Shown one piece after another: positions 25,379 through 39,532 of a DNA stretch of 64,000 bases (positions are counted from its first letter, which is position 1; the number at the start of each line of letters is the position of its first letter). This DNA is from Octopus vulgaris (lineage: Eukaryota), in the NCBI GenBank assembly GCA_951406725.2, contig OX597816.1, forward strand, positions 14,756,001-14,820,000, given 5' to 3'. Under the pieces are notes generated by a model. The model did not search any database and was not told where the DNA came from. It saw only the letters and a list, made by a program, of their open reading frames with translations. Both the position numbers and the translations under genes were made by a program.

Positions 25379-26112
25379 TGGATAAATTCAAAGTTAAAGA
25401 TCTTGACTAGGGAAACGATGCAGTGCTGATGTCAGTATATTAATTAACAAATGTTTTCACTGGTTTCATAATTTTTAGTTATTTGGTGAGCCCCAAATCA
25501 AACCTGGTCGAGTATACCTATAATCAAAAGCATTCTAGTGTTAACCATAATGTTTCTTCTTTTACCAGACAGTGCATGTAAGATTACACGGCCCAATACC
25601 TCCTTCAATTTTCCCAAAAATTGAAGGTTATGATTTGAAGAAGATTTAACTGCTACTTCTAACAGGTTATGTGACCACATACAAGCCCCGTGTTGCCTGG
25701 TTGCTTTGTGTCTTTCAACTCCATTGTCTGATATTCAGTTGACTTAGTTGTTCACAATATTATCTGACTTGACAAAAAATATTTGTCAAAGACAATTAGT
25801 AAGCGAACAACATTTTAATTCTATTTACTGTGTATGTATTTCAATGTTTGTTATACAAACTCCGTTTCATGTTGATAAAACAAACATTTATTCTTAAACA
25901 AATTCAAAGATAAGTTCTTAAAAAACACATTTTGACTGATGTATAATAACATTACCTGAAGACATAGTATATATATTTGGATAACAGACTTGGTCTAGCA
26001 CCTGTTCAACTGACAAATCTATTGAATATTTCTAATAAAGGTGAAAAAAAGCCAAGTTGTCACACAAACTCAATGATTAAAGAACTGAGTTTGTAAACCA
26101 AAAATAATGAAG

Positions 26113-26485
26113 AGGCGTAGGAGTGGCTGTGTAGTAAGTAGCTTGCTTACCAACCATATGGTTCTGGGTTCAGTCCCACTGCGTGGCACCTTGGGTAAGT
26201 GTATTCTACTATAACCTCGGGCCGACCAAGACCTTGTGAGTGGATTTGGTAGACGGAAACTGAAAGAAGCCCGTCATATATATGTGTGTCTGTGTGTTTG
26301 TCCCCCCAACATTGCTTGACAACCGATGCTGGTGTGTTTATGTTCCCGTAACTTAGTGGTTCGGCAAAAGATACCGATAGAATAAGTACTGGGCTTACAA
26401 AAGAATAAGTCCTGGGGTCGATTTGCTCAACTAAAGGTGGTGCTCCAGCATGGCCACAGTCAAATGACTGAAACAAGTAAAAGAC
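26113..26485 (+). mobile_element. SINE family A, full-length copy
   Basis: Complete head-to-tail match to the family consensus. Confidence 0.88.
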
Positions 26486-27940
26486 TAAACAAGCACCACA
26501 TTTGTGAGAGGAATCTATCTTAATGATAAGGGGTTAAACATTGAGAGGCCATGAGGATCCATCATCATCATCGTTTAACGCCCGTTCTCCATGCTAGCAT
26601 GGGTTGGACGGTTCAACCGGGGATCTGGGAAGCCAGAAGGCTGCACCAGGCTCCAGTTTTATCTGGCAATGTTTCTACAGCTGGATGCCCTTCCTAACGC
26701 CAACCACTCCGTGAGTGTAGTGGGTGCTTTTTACGTGCCACCTGTACAGGTGCCAGGCGAGGCTGGCAACGGCCACGGTCGGATTGGTGTATTTTATGTG
26801 CCACCGGCACGGAAGCCAGTCGAGGCGGTGCTGGCATCGGCCACGAGTCGGATAGTGCTTTTTACGTACCACCAGACCAGGGATCCTGGCTGGTTCAATT
26901 CGATTTCGATTTCGCTTGCCCCAACATGTCTTTGCAAGCAGAGGGGGTTGGCATGGGTGCCTGTCATACGGTCGGGCACCGTATCTATCTATTCAATAGA
27001 TCCATCCAAGTAAAATAGGAATTAAAGGGATCCATAGGTAAAAAAAAAAAAATGGTCAAGAACCACTGCTTATACTCTTATGAATGTATCCCCTCCCCCA
27101 CCCGACCCACTGTCTGTATTCTATCCTCTCTTATGCTTACTTTCTTACACCTAAAACATTTGCTTGGCACTCCATCATTTCCATCTTTATCTCCTTCTAA
27201 AATACCCCCACCCAACCCGATATAATGTGGAATAGCCATGTATTTCTTCTATAGCAAAACATCTATGCTTGACCCCTCTGTCATACTTTACCCTTTCGAC
27301 AGAAGTACTCCCCACCACCATCGTTTATTAGCAGGAAGTAGGAAGGGCATCCAGCTATAGGAACTCTGCCAGATCAAGATTGGAGCCTGGTGCGGCCGTC
27401 TGGTTCGCCAGCCCGCAGTCAAAATCGTCTAACCCATGCTAGCATGGAAAGCGGATGTTAAACGATGATGATGATGATGATGATTATCTCTCTCTGTTTT
27501 TGTTTTATAAGTTACTTGTCACTCGCTATTGCTGGTGATACGAGAAAAAAAGCACTTGGTATACACTGTAACAGGGTGGCATTAGGAAGGACACCCATCT
27601 TTTGAAACCAAGCCAAGACAGACATTGGGGCACTATGCAGTCCTTGAACTTACCAGATCTTGTCAAATACTCCAACTAATGCCAGTTAGGAACACAGACG
27701 TTAAATGATGAGGATAACATTTTTAGGGTTGCACATAGGAAGCATTATGATGGTGCCATGTAAAAAGTATTCAATGCATTTTGTAAAGTGGTTGGCATTA
27801 CGAAGGGCATCCAACCATAGAAAACTAAACAAAACAGACCATGGAACCTGGTGTGGCCTCTGACCTTGCCAGCTCTGATCAAGCCATCCAACCCATGCCA
27901 GCACGGAAAACAGATGTTAAATGATAATGATGATGCTTAA

Positions 27941-28161
27941 CCCTTTAGCATTTAAACCGGCCATATCTGGCCAAAAGTATTCTGCCTGTTTTATGTTCAA
28001 ACAGGCCAGATCAGGTCTCTCACACCAGCCCTACAATGTCGTTTTAAAAATTAACAGCAACCTCATCAAAATCTCATAGCACCAAGATAATCCCTGGTTA
28101 GTTCAAGGCAATGTGGATAAAAAAGGATTAATTTTGGCAGAATAATGAGAACACTAAAGGG
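27941..28161. mobile_element. piggyBac-type MITE
   Basis: TTAA|CCCTTTAG ... CTAAAGGG|TTAA. Related relics at about 100-712 (SINE-interrupted), 7281, 43198, 51354. Confidence 0.75.
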
Positions 28162-30145
28162 TTAAAGACACACAGAACATATTTTCAGAGAGCTTCTGTC
28201 TACCAAGGATATAGTAGAAAGCATTTGTTCAAGATGCTGAGCAGTGGGATTGAACCTGGAATCACAGAGTTGCAAAGTGAATTTCTACACCAAACAGCCA
28301 TGCCTGATCTAAGTTCAGACAGTGTCCCATCAAAGCTAAACTTAAACTAGACTAAAGGGTGTTTACAATGTTGCTGTTATTTAATGATCAACAAGATAAT
28401 CTCGCTGTAAATTCTTGTATATGTACTCGTTGACCTCAGGTGCTTCGTTGAAATAAGGATACGAGCCAAGAAAATAGTTTTAAATAATAAAAGATGAAAA
28501 AAGAAAAAAAAAAGAAAGAAATTATTAGAGAAGGTTCAGTAACGAAACTGATTTGATTATCCATAATTCTATCTTTGGGGTAGCTGTCAGTCTGCAGATA
28601 AATGGCTTTAGGATGGGAAGGAAAGATAAGATTCAAACTAGCTGTAACAATTAAATTTCTGTCTGTTATCCTTCTCATTAAAAACAAGGTGTTTGCTTTG
28701 TGCGGGAAACAAAATAATAGGTTAACAAAATGCTGCCAAATTTTAAATATTTCGCGACTGCAAATAGCATGGAATACTCTTGATTCTGCGAATTGTATTT
28801 AAATATAGAGATGTAGGCATGGCTGTAGAGTGGTCAAGAAGCTCAATTTTCAACCATGTGGTTCTGGGTTCAGTCCCACAGCTCAGCATCTTGAGCAAGT
28901 GCCAACAAATGTCGAGAGAATTTGTTAGATGCAATTTGAGTGGAAATCCACAGCAGATGCATGTGCATGCATGTGTGTGCGTGCATGCGCGCGTGTGTGT
29001 TGTTCAATGTTGTTTGTTTCCTACCACTGCTTAACAGCCGAAGTTGGTTTGTTTACATCCATTAACAATTTGGCAAAATTGATCAATAGAACATTAGACT
29101 TTAAAAAGAAAAAAAATGTACTGGGGTCTTTTGTTCAATGAAACCCTTCAAGGTAGTGCCCCAGAATGGCCCCTGTCCAATGACAAAAACAAGTACAACA
29201 AAAAAGACGAAAACATAGATGGCATTAAGCATCAAGGAACACAGCCACTAGATTATGCTTATCGATTCTAAAGTCACTGAAAGCCAAGCTTCATTTGTAA
29301 GGATTCTAATTCTGAGGCCCAAGTCAGAAACAATTATAATTTCAATAAGTTTGAGTGATGAATTGACAGCATCAGTTGACTGTCATGTTTACCCAGTCCC
29401 CGTCTCTAACCATCTCTCACCCTCCCATACACTCTTGCAACCTCTACTCATCCACACTCCTTGTTCTCCTGTCCCCACTCACATCTACTCACTTTCATAC
29501 CATGAGGGTCCACTCCGATACTTCATCACTCCTATTTTTATCTCTCATTCCAGACCCATCCTGGTTATTTCCACTCAATTTTCTATAGTGTCAGTAGCTA
29601 TGTAGCTCAGTAACTCCTCTACAACAAAATCCCTCTTCTTTTCTGGCTCATCTTCTAGCATAAAGCCAAGCCAACACACACACACACACTCTCTCTCTCT
29701 CCTGTAGCCCCATTCAGTTGATGGGGATCTTAATTTTGCAAGTTGTATGGTGACCTCACTAATGCTGGTGCCATGAAAATAACAACACTCACTATATTCT
29801 GTATAGTGGGTAGTGTTAGTTTCCACCCAGCCAGAGAAACCATGTCAAAGCAGACATTAGAACATGAAGCACTCCTCCTACATGTTGCATCCTGTCAAAC
29901 CATGGAATGATGACAACGACGATATCTCTTACATTACTTCAACACAAACCTCAAACTTTGAAAAGTCAATTAAGTTTATCCAAATACTTGACAGATATAT
30001 ATGTTTATCAACATTGCAAAGATGAAAGGCAAAGTCAGGCCCAGATAGATTTGGACTTAGAACTTAAGTGGAGCATCAATCACTTAATACCACATTTAGA
30101 CTGTTATTATAAATTCAACCAATAATAATAATAATAATAATAATA

Positions 30146-30511
30146 ATAAGAGCACTCAGAGAGTGCAAACCTCCGCTAAGGCAACATCAATGTCTTCTCA
30201 ATAATTAATTGGAGATGATTTCTAAAATGAGAATATCTGAAATAAACTCGACTGCTCTTACAAACAAGAATACTAAAAGTGAACCTGACTGCTCTCAAAA
30301 ATTAAGTGAAAAAAAAAAACAGGAAAAATAATCCAGAATCCTTGTCCAGTACTGGATTGATCCCAAAATGTAATCAGATCATGCCAGTCATGAGGCCAAA
30401 CATCCCTGAAAGTTTCGTCTGAATCCATCCAGCGGGCCTTGAGATATTTTGTCCGTGGACAAACACAGAAGACTGAAAATAATCCCTCCGCCTTCGTTAA
30501 CGAGGAAGTAA
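30146..30511 (-). mobile_element. Second copy of the HINE-like element
   Basis: Reverse complement of 19466-20233 without the nested LINE. Confidence 0.65.
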
Positions 30512-30529
30512 TAATAATAATAATGATAA

Positions 30530-31395
30530 TAAATGTCCTGATGCAGTACCAGGCAATGGCTCTCATGTCTTCTGATCTTAACTGATTGGAAGTGTTATCA
30601 TATACATTGTTTTGTCTTGGTATAAAAGATGGACTACAGCAAATATTCTGCTCAATACCACAGATTTGCTTGTCAGTTGTTTGACCGTAACCAGTTGAGC
30701 ATGCCCCTTAGTGGCTGACGATATGTGCATCTCTGATCATGAGCAGAAGTAGTGGGGGAGCATCATAGCCATGTGTTGAGAGGGTTTCTTTGGAGTTTGA
30801 ATAATTCACCTCTGGAAACATGGGTGTTTCGTTCAGTATCCTTAAACAAATCTTATTCAGGGACTACTCGACCTGAAGAAAATTCTAACAGGGCCTCACC
30901 TTCAAGGTCATATGCTGTTTATTTTGATATAAGATCACTATGTCACGCACATATGGTTGTGATGCATGGGCCTGGTATACTCTTATCAGACGTGTAGTCA
31001 TGATATGTGTATTGGGCTTCATATATTTAACCCCAGTGTCACTTTGATGACATATGCTACTCTCTCACTCAATAATAATGATAATAATAATAATAATAAT
31101 AATAATAATGGCAGAAATTCAAAAGATAGTGCTCATGGGAACTGCTCATATCCTACGCAAAATACTCTCTATGTAATCCCAAGGTTTAAAACAAACTTTT
31201 TTTTTTATTTATTTATTTATTTATTTTTGTTTTTTAATTTTTTTTTATGTATTAGACATTCACTAGTACAACACCAAAAAAAAAAAAAAACCCCAAATAT
31301 ATGGCACAGAACTTCCAACCTGTTGTCTCTTGAGGTCTCTGGGTGAGACTTGGAGCCAACTTGTACAGACATAAAGCAAAAGTCAAACATAGAAT
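30530..31395 (+). mobile_element. R4/Dong-like element: putative 5' region + (AAT)n + 3' end
   Basis: The 3' part (31107-31395) matches the 48.1-48.4 kb fragment. The 5' part (30530-31075) is joined directly to the same 3' end in the deleted copy at 47776-48012. Confidence 0.65.
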
Positions 31396-31765
31396 AATAA
31401 TAATAATCCTTTCTACTATAGGCACAAGGCCTGAAAATTGGAGGAGGGGATAGTCTATATATTAACCTCAGTGTTATTTCATTGACCCCGAAAGGATGAA
31501 AGGCAAAGTTGACCTCAGCAGAATTTGAACTCAGAATGTAAGGGCCAACAAAATGCTACTAAGCATTTTGGCCCAGCATGCTAACGATTCTGCCAGCTCA
31601 CTGCCTTAATTAAGATGATAATTATGAGGGGGGGGCATGAGATTTCTCAGAGATTTGAGCTCAGAAAGGGTAACTACTGAGCAATATGGTCCAATATCAC
31701 TCTCACTCCATTGGCCACACTTAGATTTAAGAAGTGATAATGAGTTTTAAAAAAAAAGTACTTAC

Positions 31766-31912
31766 ATCATTTCGTATCTGAAATCGCTGTAAAAATCCAA
31801 GATCTAGGAACATCCGAACACAAGCTTGTAAGGTATTGTCATCGTCTAATGTGAAGTCGTTGAAGTTGTAATCAAGCAGATTGAAATCTGATGACGTTGG
31901 AACCGTGATGCT
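31766..31912 (-). CDS. PDE11A: PDE11-like exon (catalytic N-terminal helices: SITVPTSSDFNLLDYNFNDFTLDDDNTLQACVRMFLDLGFLQRFQIRND)
   Basis: AAG acceptor after a pyrimidine tract, GTAAGT donor, 147 nt phase 0-0; FxDF...RMFxDLG pattern of PDE5/11. Confidence 0.92.
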
Positions 31913-32189
31913 CTTTAGAAAACAAAGTAAAAAAGAAACAAAGCAAGTTAAAACATACATTAAATAAATACAATCATTAAAACAATTACTCTTTTCCCCT
32001 TTTACTTGTTTCAGTCATCAGACTGTGGCCATGCTGGAGCACCGCCTTTAGTCAAGAAGATCGACCCCAGGACTTATTCTTTGTAAGCCTAGTACATATT
32101 CTATTGGTCTCTTTTGCTGAACCGCCAAGTTACGGGGACGTAAACACACCAGCATCAGTTATCAAGCGATGTTGGGGAGACAAACACAA

Positions 32190-32220
<31 letters not shown>

Positions 32221-32331
32221 CCGGAGTAAACACATAAATGTGAAACAAGGTGGAAAAAAAATGTTCGACAAACGGGAACGTGAAACTCAGAGTAACAGGT
32301 TTTGTTGAATTTTTTGCTGCTTTTAAATAAA

Positions 32332-32371
<40 letters not shown>

Positions 32372-32775
32372 GCACACATATGATGGACTTCTTTCAGTTT
32401 CTGTCTACCAAATCCACTCACAAGGCTTTGGTCGGCCCGAGGCTATAGTAGAAGACTATTGCCCAAGGTGCCATGCAGTGGGACTGAACCCAGAATCATG
32501 TGGCCCGTAAGCAAGCTACTTACCACACAGACACTGAAATTGGTCATTTTCTATAAATGATTATTGAAACAATGTAACAACTTATACTATCAAGTTGAGT
32601 AAAACATAAGCAACGTTTTCAACCATGAAGAATTTGTACCAGAGTTTTGCAGAATCTTGAATTTTTTTCTTTAACATTTTTTATCAAATGTCTGATGATA
32701 CGGACATAGACTTGCCCCAAATCATCAATAAACTGGCATTGATATTTTTTTTCACTGTTGTTACAATCATCTGAA

Positions 32776-34230
32776 ATGGAACTGTGGAAGCATGATAACT
32801 GAGCAATTTTGCTTTTCAACTTCGAAAAATGATGAAAAACAGCTACAACTGCTCACGATATCAGCGAAACATTTGGTGAAGAAATGACCAGTGAGTGGTC
32901 ATCTCGTAAATGGTTTAAACTACTTTGCAGTGGAGACCAGTTCCTTGTAGATCGTGAGTATAGTGGACGCCCACCTTTTCATTGATGACAGTCAATTAAA
33001 GACTGTCATTGAGAAAAATCCACGTAAAACCATTCGAGAACTGGCAAAAAAACCTCATTAGCCAGAAAACTGCCCACAACCATTTGCATGTAATCAGAAA
33101 ATCATAAAAAATCCAAGAAATGGGTACCACACGATTTGAATGAAAATCAGACAATGTGCAGATATGAAATTTTCTCGTCACTTCTTCTCTGTAACCAGAC
33201 CGATTCATTTCTCAACCGCATTGTAACTTGCAATGGAAAGTGGATTCTGTACATCATCATCATCATCATCATCGTTTAACGTCCGCTTTCCATGCTAGCA
33301 TGGGTTGGACAGTTCAACTGGGGTCTGGGAAGCCGGACGGCTGCACCAGGCCAGTCAGATCTGGCAGTGTTTCTACAGCTAGATGCCCTTCCTAACGCCA
33401 ACCACTCCGTGAGTGTAGTGGGTGCTTTTTATGTGCCACCGACACAGGTGCCAGACGAGGCTGGCGAACGGCCACGCTCGGATGGTGTTTTTTATGTGCC
33501 ACCGACACAGGTGCCAGACGAGGCTGGCAGACGGCCACGCTCGGATGGTGTTTTTTATGTGCCACCGACACAGGTGCCAGACAAGGCTGGCGAACGGCCA
33601 CACTCGGATGGTGTTTTTTATGTGCCACCGACACAGGTGCCAGACGAGGCTGGCGAACGGCCACGCTCGGATGGTGCTTGTTACGTGCCACCGGCACGGA
33701 GGCCAGGCGAGGCTGGCACGGCCACGATCGGATGGTGTTTGTTATGTGCCCACAGCACGGAGGCAGTCGATGCGGTACTGGCTACAGCTACATTCGGATG
33801 GTTTTCTTATGTCCCACTGGCACTGGTACCACAAAAGATTATTTGCAAGGACTGAACCAAAATGATGCACCAAAAACCTTCCCTAAACCCGAGCTCTTCA
33901 AAAAGAAGGTTATGGTAGCTGTTTGGTGCTGTATTGCTAGACTCACCCACTATAACTTTTTAAAGCCCTAAAAAAAACATTATTGCAGAAACATGTTGCC
34001 ATGAAATTGCCAAAATGAACAGAAAACTGTTATTCCTCCATCCCAGACTGGGCAACAGAAGAGGGCCAATCATTTTTTATGATAATGCTCAACTACTCCA
34101 AAGTTGGGAGAACCTGGCTACGAAGTTCTTTCCACCCCGCTTATTCCCCAGACTTTTCTCCTACTGAATACCACTTTTGGTTTCCTGTGAGAGGAGGAGC
34201 TCAAAAATCAAACCGATGCTGAAATTTGAG
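32776..34230 (+). pseudogene. Mariner-family transposase fossil, interrupted by an RTE tail (33252-33833)
   Basis: Disrupted frames give WFK..SGD..L.DREYSGRP, WVPHDL, FLNRIVTCNGKWILY, KKVMVAVW, PIIFYDNA, AYSPDFSPTEYH. Confidence 0.9.
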
Positions 34231-34683
34231 TACAGAGCAGTAATAAGAAATTATAATGACAAAAGAACAATGAGGTTGTTATGAACTTCATTAGCTTGCA
34301 GCTGTTTCTGCTATAAGGCACAATGCACAGTTGAATGCTTGTGTTTCACCTTATAGCTTCACCAGAGCATCAGACATAATGCACTTAATGCTATAAGATG
34401 CAATCTTACAGCTGAAACAGCTGTAAGTTAATGACGTTTATAACATAATTTCATCTTCCTTTGTCGTGTCAAGCGCAGGAGTGGCTGTGTTTTAAGTAGC
34501 TTGCTTCTCAACCACATGGTTCTGGGTTCTGTCCTACTGAGTAGCACCTTGGGCCAGTGTCTTCTACTATAACTGCAGGCCGACCAAAGCCTTGTGAATG
34601 GATTTGGTAGACGGAAACTAAAGAAGCCTGTCATATATATATATATATAGATAGATATATAGATAGAAAGATATATACATACA

Positions 34684-34738
<55 letters not shown>

Positions 34739-34923
34739 ACCATGATTGACTGCTAAATCCATAAGATTTTTTTATTCCCTCTCTATTTATTCCCTTGTGT
34801 TCTTTTCTGTTAAAGAGCAGACTCGAAATGTAAAAGACTTTCTCACTTTCCTGAGCATCAAACTAATACACCTGCTTGATGTTCACACATCTGTTTGTCT
34901 TTTGTTTTTCTGTAAATTTCAAC

Positions 34924-34957
<34 letters not shown>

Positions 34958-36857
34958 TATATTTGTGTGTCTGTGTTTGTCCCCCCACCATCGCTTGACA
35001 ACTGATGCTGATATGTTTACATCCTCGTAACTTAGCGGTCTAGCAAAACAGACCAATAGAATAAGTACTAGGCTTACAAAGAATAAGTCCTGGGATTGAT
35101 CTGTTCGACTAAAGGCAGTACTCCAGCATGGCCACAGTCAAACGACTGAAACAAGTAAAACAATAAAAGAATGCATCAGTTATGTCACTTTGACCTCCTC
35201 TGTTAGCACATTTTTTAAGCAGAGGAAAATGTTGGCATTGGGTTTCTGTTGACACCTGACACTAAATGATTAACTGTGATGATGGTTGTAGTTAGAACTG
35301 CGGTGTTGGAGATGTTGACTAACAAGGCTGATTTTGTTGGTCTAAAAAACCAATTTATTATATAAAAACATGTCTGCACAAACATGACCGACTGTGAAGT
35401 GAAGGCCTCAAAATACCAGAGTATAGCCATGTAATGAGAGGGTATAATGAATGCTGTGTAAAATGTGTTAGGTGCTGTCGGTGGACTTTGTAACTCTTCA
35501 CTTTCTCTGATCATTTAGCCAACAGTTTTAAATTGTGAACTGTAGAAGGGGAAGACTTGGACACAGTAAATGTAAAATTAGAAAGGGTACTGGTGTCATG
35601 TAAAAGGTGCCCATGTAGGTGCCATTCAAAAAATATCCATGCTAGTGCTATGTATAAAGCACTCATGCCGGTGCCACATGAAAGCACCCAGCACACTCTG
35701 TAAAGGGGTTGGCAATAGGAAGGACATCCACTTGTAGAATCCATGTCAAAACAGGCAACTGCAGTCTGGTGCAGCTCTCCAACTTGTTAGCTCCTGTAAA
35801 ACCATTTAACCCATGCCAGCCTGAATGTAGCCCATTGTATGTATGTGTATATCATCATCATCTTTGTTTAACGTCCGCTTTCCATGCTAGCATGGGTTGG
35901 ACGATTTGACTGAGGACTGGCAAACCAGATGGCTGCACCAGGTTCCAATCTTGATCAGGCAGAGTTTCTACAGCTGGATGCCCTTCCTAACGCCAACCAC
36001 TCCGAGAGTGTAGCGGGTGCTTTTACATGCCACCGGCACAAGGGCCAGTCGGGCACTACTGACAACGGCCACAAAAAAAATCTATTTTTTTGGTGGGGGT
36101 TTGCAAGATTCTTGATGTGAATTTGTGTGTTCAAACAAATCTTACTGTGTCTTGGGAGGGTCGTTTCGCCAATAACAATAAAACACAAACACTGGTTCAA
36201 TATCACTTCTTTATTTTTAGTCGGTTGAATATCGAACCAACAAACAAATCAGTCGTTTGTTTAATGTGTTGGTTAAACAATCTATCTGTTTGTTTGTTAG
36301 ACAAAGTCCTTTCATTGCTATTCATGATATTCTCAATGACTTGCTCTCTCTCCTCAAGGTCTGCTCTGAGTCTGTCCGACTAACAAACAACCAACTGATT
36401 GTTTAACTAACTCACTAATCAAATGATCGATTAGTTAGTTGGTTAGATGTCTGATTAACTAACAATAAAGAAGTGGTATTGAGCCAGTGTGTGTGTGTTG
36501 TTATTATTGGCATAATGACTCACCCAAGACAAAAACAAGCTAAATTTAAAGCTTCATCAAAATTCCATGTTAGTTTATGTTCTACAAACCAACTTAATAA
36601 TGAGTAAGTAATGAGTGATTCTTCGTTATCTTCAAAATTAATTGAAATGAAATCAGTATATTTCAACAGAGATATGGTTACCAAAATGGGTAAACACAAG
36701 TCTGTTTCATCAGGGTAGATTAGGATCTTAACAACAACAATGATTGTTCCAACACAAAGACATCCCACTCAAGCAAGCCTTGGATAAATAAATGGAAAAC
36801 AGACCAGCCTAAACAGCTCGCTAAAACAACAATGAAAATAAACAAAGAAATGCTTAC

Positions 36858-37001
36858 TTTGAGTTTTTCAGCTTCTTCACCCGACGCTGTAGCATGGTAG
36901 GAGAGAACTTCCAGAGAAACTTGCTGTCGAGCTATTGCCTTCACTGCCTTTTCGTACATCTGTGTGTTATCAATTCCCATGCCACAGAAGATGGCAAAAG
37001 C
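36858..37001 (-). CDS. PDE11A: PDE11-like exon (GAF-B end/linker helix: [48 protein letters not shown])
   Basis: TTGTAG acceptor, GTAAGC donor, 144 nt phase 0-0; the AFxIFCGxGIxNT...LEVLSYHA motif is characteristic of PDE5/PDE11. Confidence 0.95.
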
Positions 37002-37027
37002 CTACAAGAAAATAACAAGCATAGGTT

Positions 37028-37062
<35 letters not shown>

Positions 37063-37097
37063 ATACAAGAGTAAAAGTTCTAAGTAGTGTACAGTAA

Positions 37098-37490
37098 TCT
37101 CTCTATATATATATAAAGCTGAAGTTGCCTGTGTATGGCAGGCTTGGTAGCCTTCAACTAACACTATCTCCTCTGAGACCCTGTGGCGCAAGTTGACCAA
37201 AATTGAGTATGATAGAAAAAGGCTTGCTCTTCCTTCCGTAGAAGAAAAATTCAAATCGGACCATGTTAACAGCAAAAATTATTTACATCAAAAAGGTGCG
37301 TTTTTTCTATGAAAATCCCTATTTTTTACGATTTTTTGACTGCTGTGTCACCATTTTTCGGTGTATTTCAACCAGAAAAATGTTCACTTAAAGAGAATAA
37401 CAAGCTACATAATGCAAAATTTTTACTTTTTAAAAATTCCAATTCTAAAGGGTCGAAACAAACCTGAGCAACGCCGAGCAATACTGCTAG
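37098..37490 (+). mobile_element. Non-autonomous Helitron (same 3' end, different body)
   Basis: A|TC...acaaacctgagcaacgccgagcaatactgCTAG|T. Confidence 0.75.
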
Positions 37491-38386
37491 TATATATTAA
37501 AAGTGATGGATAAACAAGTCGGAAGAGATAGAGGTATCATTTCTTCTTTCATCATACACACACACACACACACACATATAAATAGGAAATGATAGAATAC
37601 TCCTTAACTCCTTGATAAAAAGATTTAAGGAGTATTCTACTGTCTCCTTAGGCATATATAAGACTTTTGATATCTGTATGTATATATTACATATATGAAG
37701 AAAATATACTTCCATCACTGCGGAGTTTTCTATCATTAGTAATATTTGGGCTGGATATGGCTAGCTTAAATTGTAAAGAGATAAACATGGGTGTAGGAGT
37801 GGCTGCGTGGTAAGTAGCTTGCTTACAAACCACATGGTTTCAGGTTCAGCCCCACTGTGTGGCACCTTGGACAAGTGTCTTCTACTATAGCCTCAGGCTG
37901 ACCAAAGCCTTGTGAGTGGATTTGGTAGATGGAAACTGAAAGAAGCCTGTCGTATATATGTATGTGTGTGTATATGTTTGTGTGTCTGTTTTTGTCCCAC
38001 CAACATCACTTGACAGCCGATGCTAGTGTGTTTACATCCCTGTAACTTAGCAGTTCAGCAAAAGAGACCAATAGAATAAGTACTAGGCTTACAAAGAATA
38101 AGTCCTGGGGTCGATTTGCTCCAGCATGGCCACAGTCAAATGACTGAAACAAGTAAAAGAGTAACGGCAGTGTATTTCAGCAGGAATATTATAATAAAAG
38201 GGTGAAACTGCTGATGATCAAACATAACAGATTTGTGTCTCAGACAAGAATAAGAAGTGTAGATTAAGTTTTACTAAGCAATTAGTTAAATTGAGATTAG
38301 GCCAAAATCCATAACTGTCGGTACAGATATCGATAGGAGAACTTGTTCAATTCATCTGCTACTCTAATATCTCCACAATCCATAAT

Positions 38387-38593
38387 AGTGGTTTTCAACC
38401 ATTTTTTACCTAGGATTTCTATTTCATGTGGCTGGATCCTTATAGCCATTCAGTGTTTTAAAATATCTTATTATAGGCCATGTGGTTGCATGGTAAGAAG
38501 TTTGCTTAACAGCCACATGGTTCTGATAAATTTTAAAAGCAACAGCTTATCTGGATCCCTAGAGGCCAGCTGGACCCTGGTTGAGAGCCACTG
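38387..38593. mobile_element. hAT-like MITE relic
   Basis: Imperfect TIRs tagtggttttcaacc / ggttgagagccactg; related pieces near 27.0 and 41.98-42.75 kb. Confidence 0.5.
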
Positions 38594-39484
38594 ATGCAAA
38601 AGGAGGTGGTGTCAAGAAAGAAACGGTGAAACTTTGTAAGTTTAATTCTCTCCAGAGCTGATTTAATCACTTAACGATCCCGTTTCAATGCAATAAAAAC
38701 CTATCTTATACCACTGAGCTATTCTCCTGCAAATCTGTGTCTTTTGGTGCCAAAGTAAGAAATCAATAGCTTAGTCATCTTCCCGTGCCATTCCAAAAAT
38801 AGATTGTTCTTTTACTTTTATGAATCACAATACAAGGATTTGTAACTGAAGAATATGCACGATTGAACTGACAGTTGTGTCTTACTGACATTTACATGAT
38901 CAATCACCCAGAGGGATAAATAGCAAAGTTGAATTCAATAGGATCCAAATGAGGAAATCAGATGAACAGCAGAACGAAATGCATGTATGGATGTATGGTC
39001 AAAAAGTTTGCTTTCCAAGTATGTAGTTTCAGATTCACTCTCATTGCACAGCACCGTGAGCAAGGGTTTTCCCTTATAGCTTAGGGCCAACCCAACTGCA
39101 CCTTGGGCAACAGAAGCCTTATGAATGGATTTGGTAGGCAGAAATAGAAAGAAGGCTATCATGCTTTTCTTTTATTTGTTTTGGGCATATCACTGTGGCC
39201 ATGCTGGAGCACCACTTTTAGTTGAAGAAATCGACCCCAGGACTTATTCTCTGTAAGCTTAGTACTTATTTTATCAGTACCTTTTTTCGAAACTGCTAAG
39301 TTACAGAGATGTAAACACACCAACATCAGTTTGTCAAGCAATGGTGGGGGCACAAACACACAAACAAATACATACATATATACATATATATATTTAAAAT
39401 AATATAAATTAATTAATCTTATGTATTGGCTTAAGTTTTTCATTGTATGATTTGCCTAATAGTGGTTTTATCTCTAATTTAATA

Positions 39485-39532
<48 letters not shown>

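Noticed and set aside
26455-26485. SINE A tail 'cagtcaaatgactGAAACaaGTA' resembling a hammerhead 3' half
   Set aside because: No CTGANGA upstream in any copy; better explained as the LINE-recognition stem-loop.
31909-31916. Tandem AGAG acceptors (also 41761-41764)
   Set aside because: The alternative AG is 2 nt away and would frameshift; no evidence of use.
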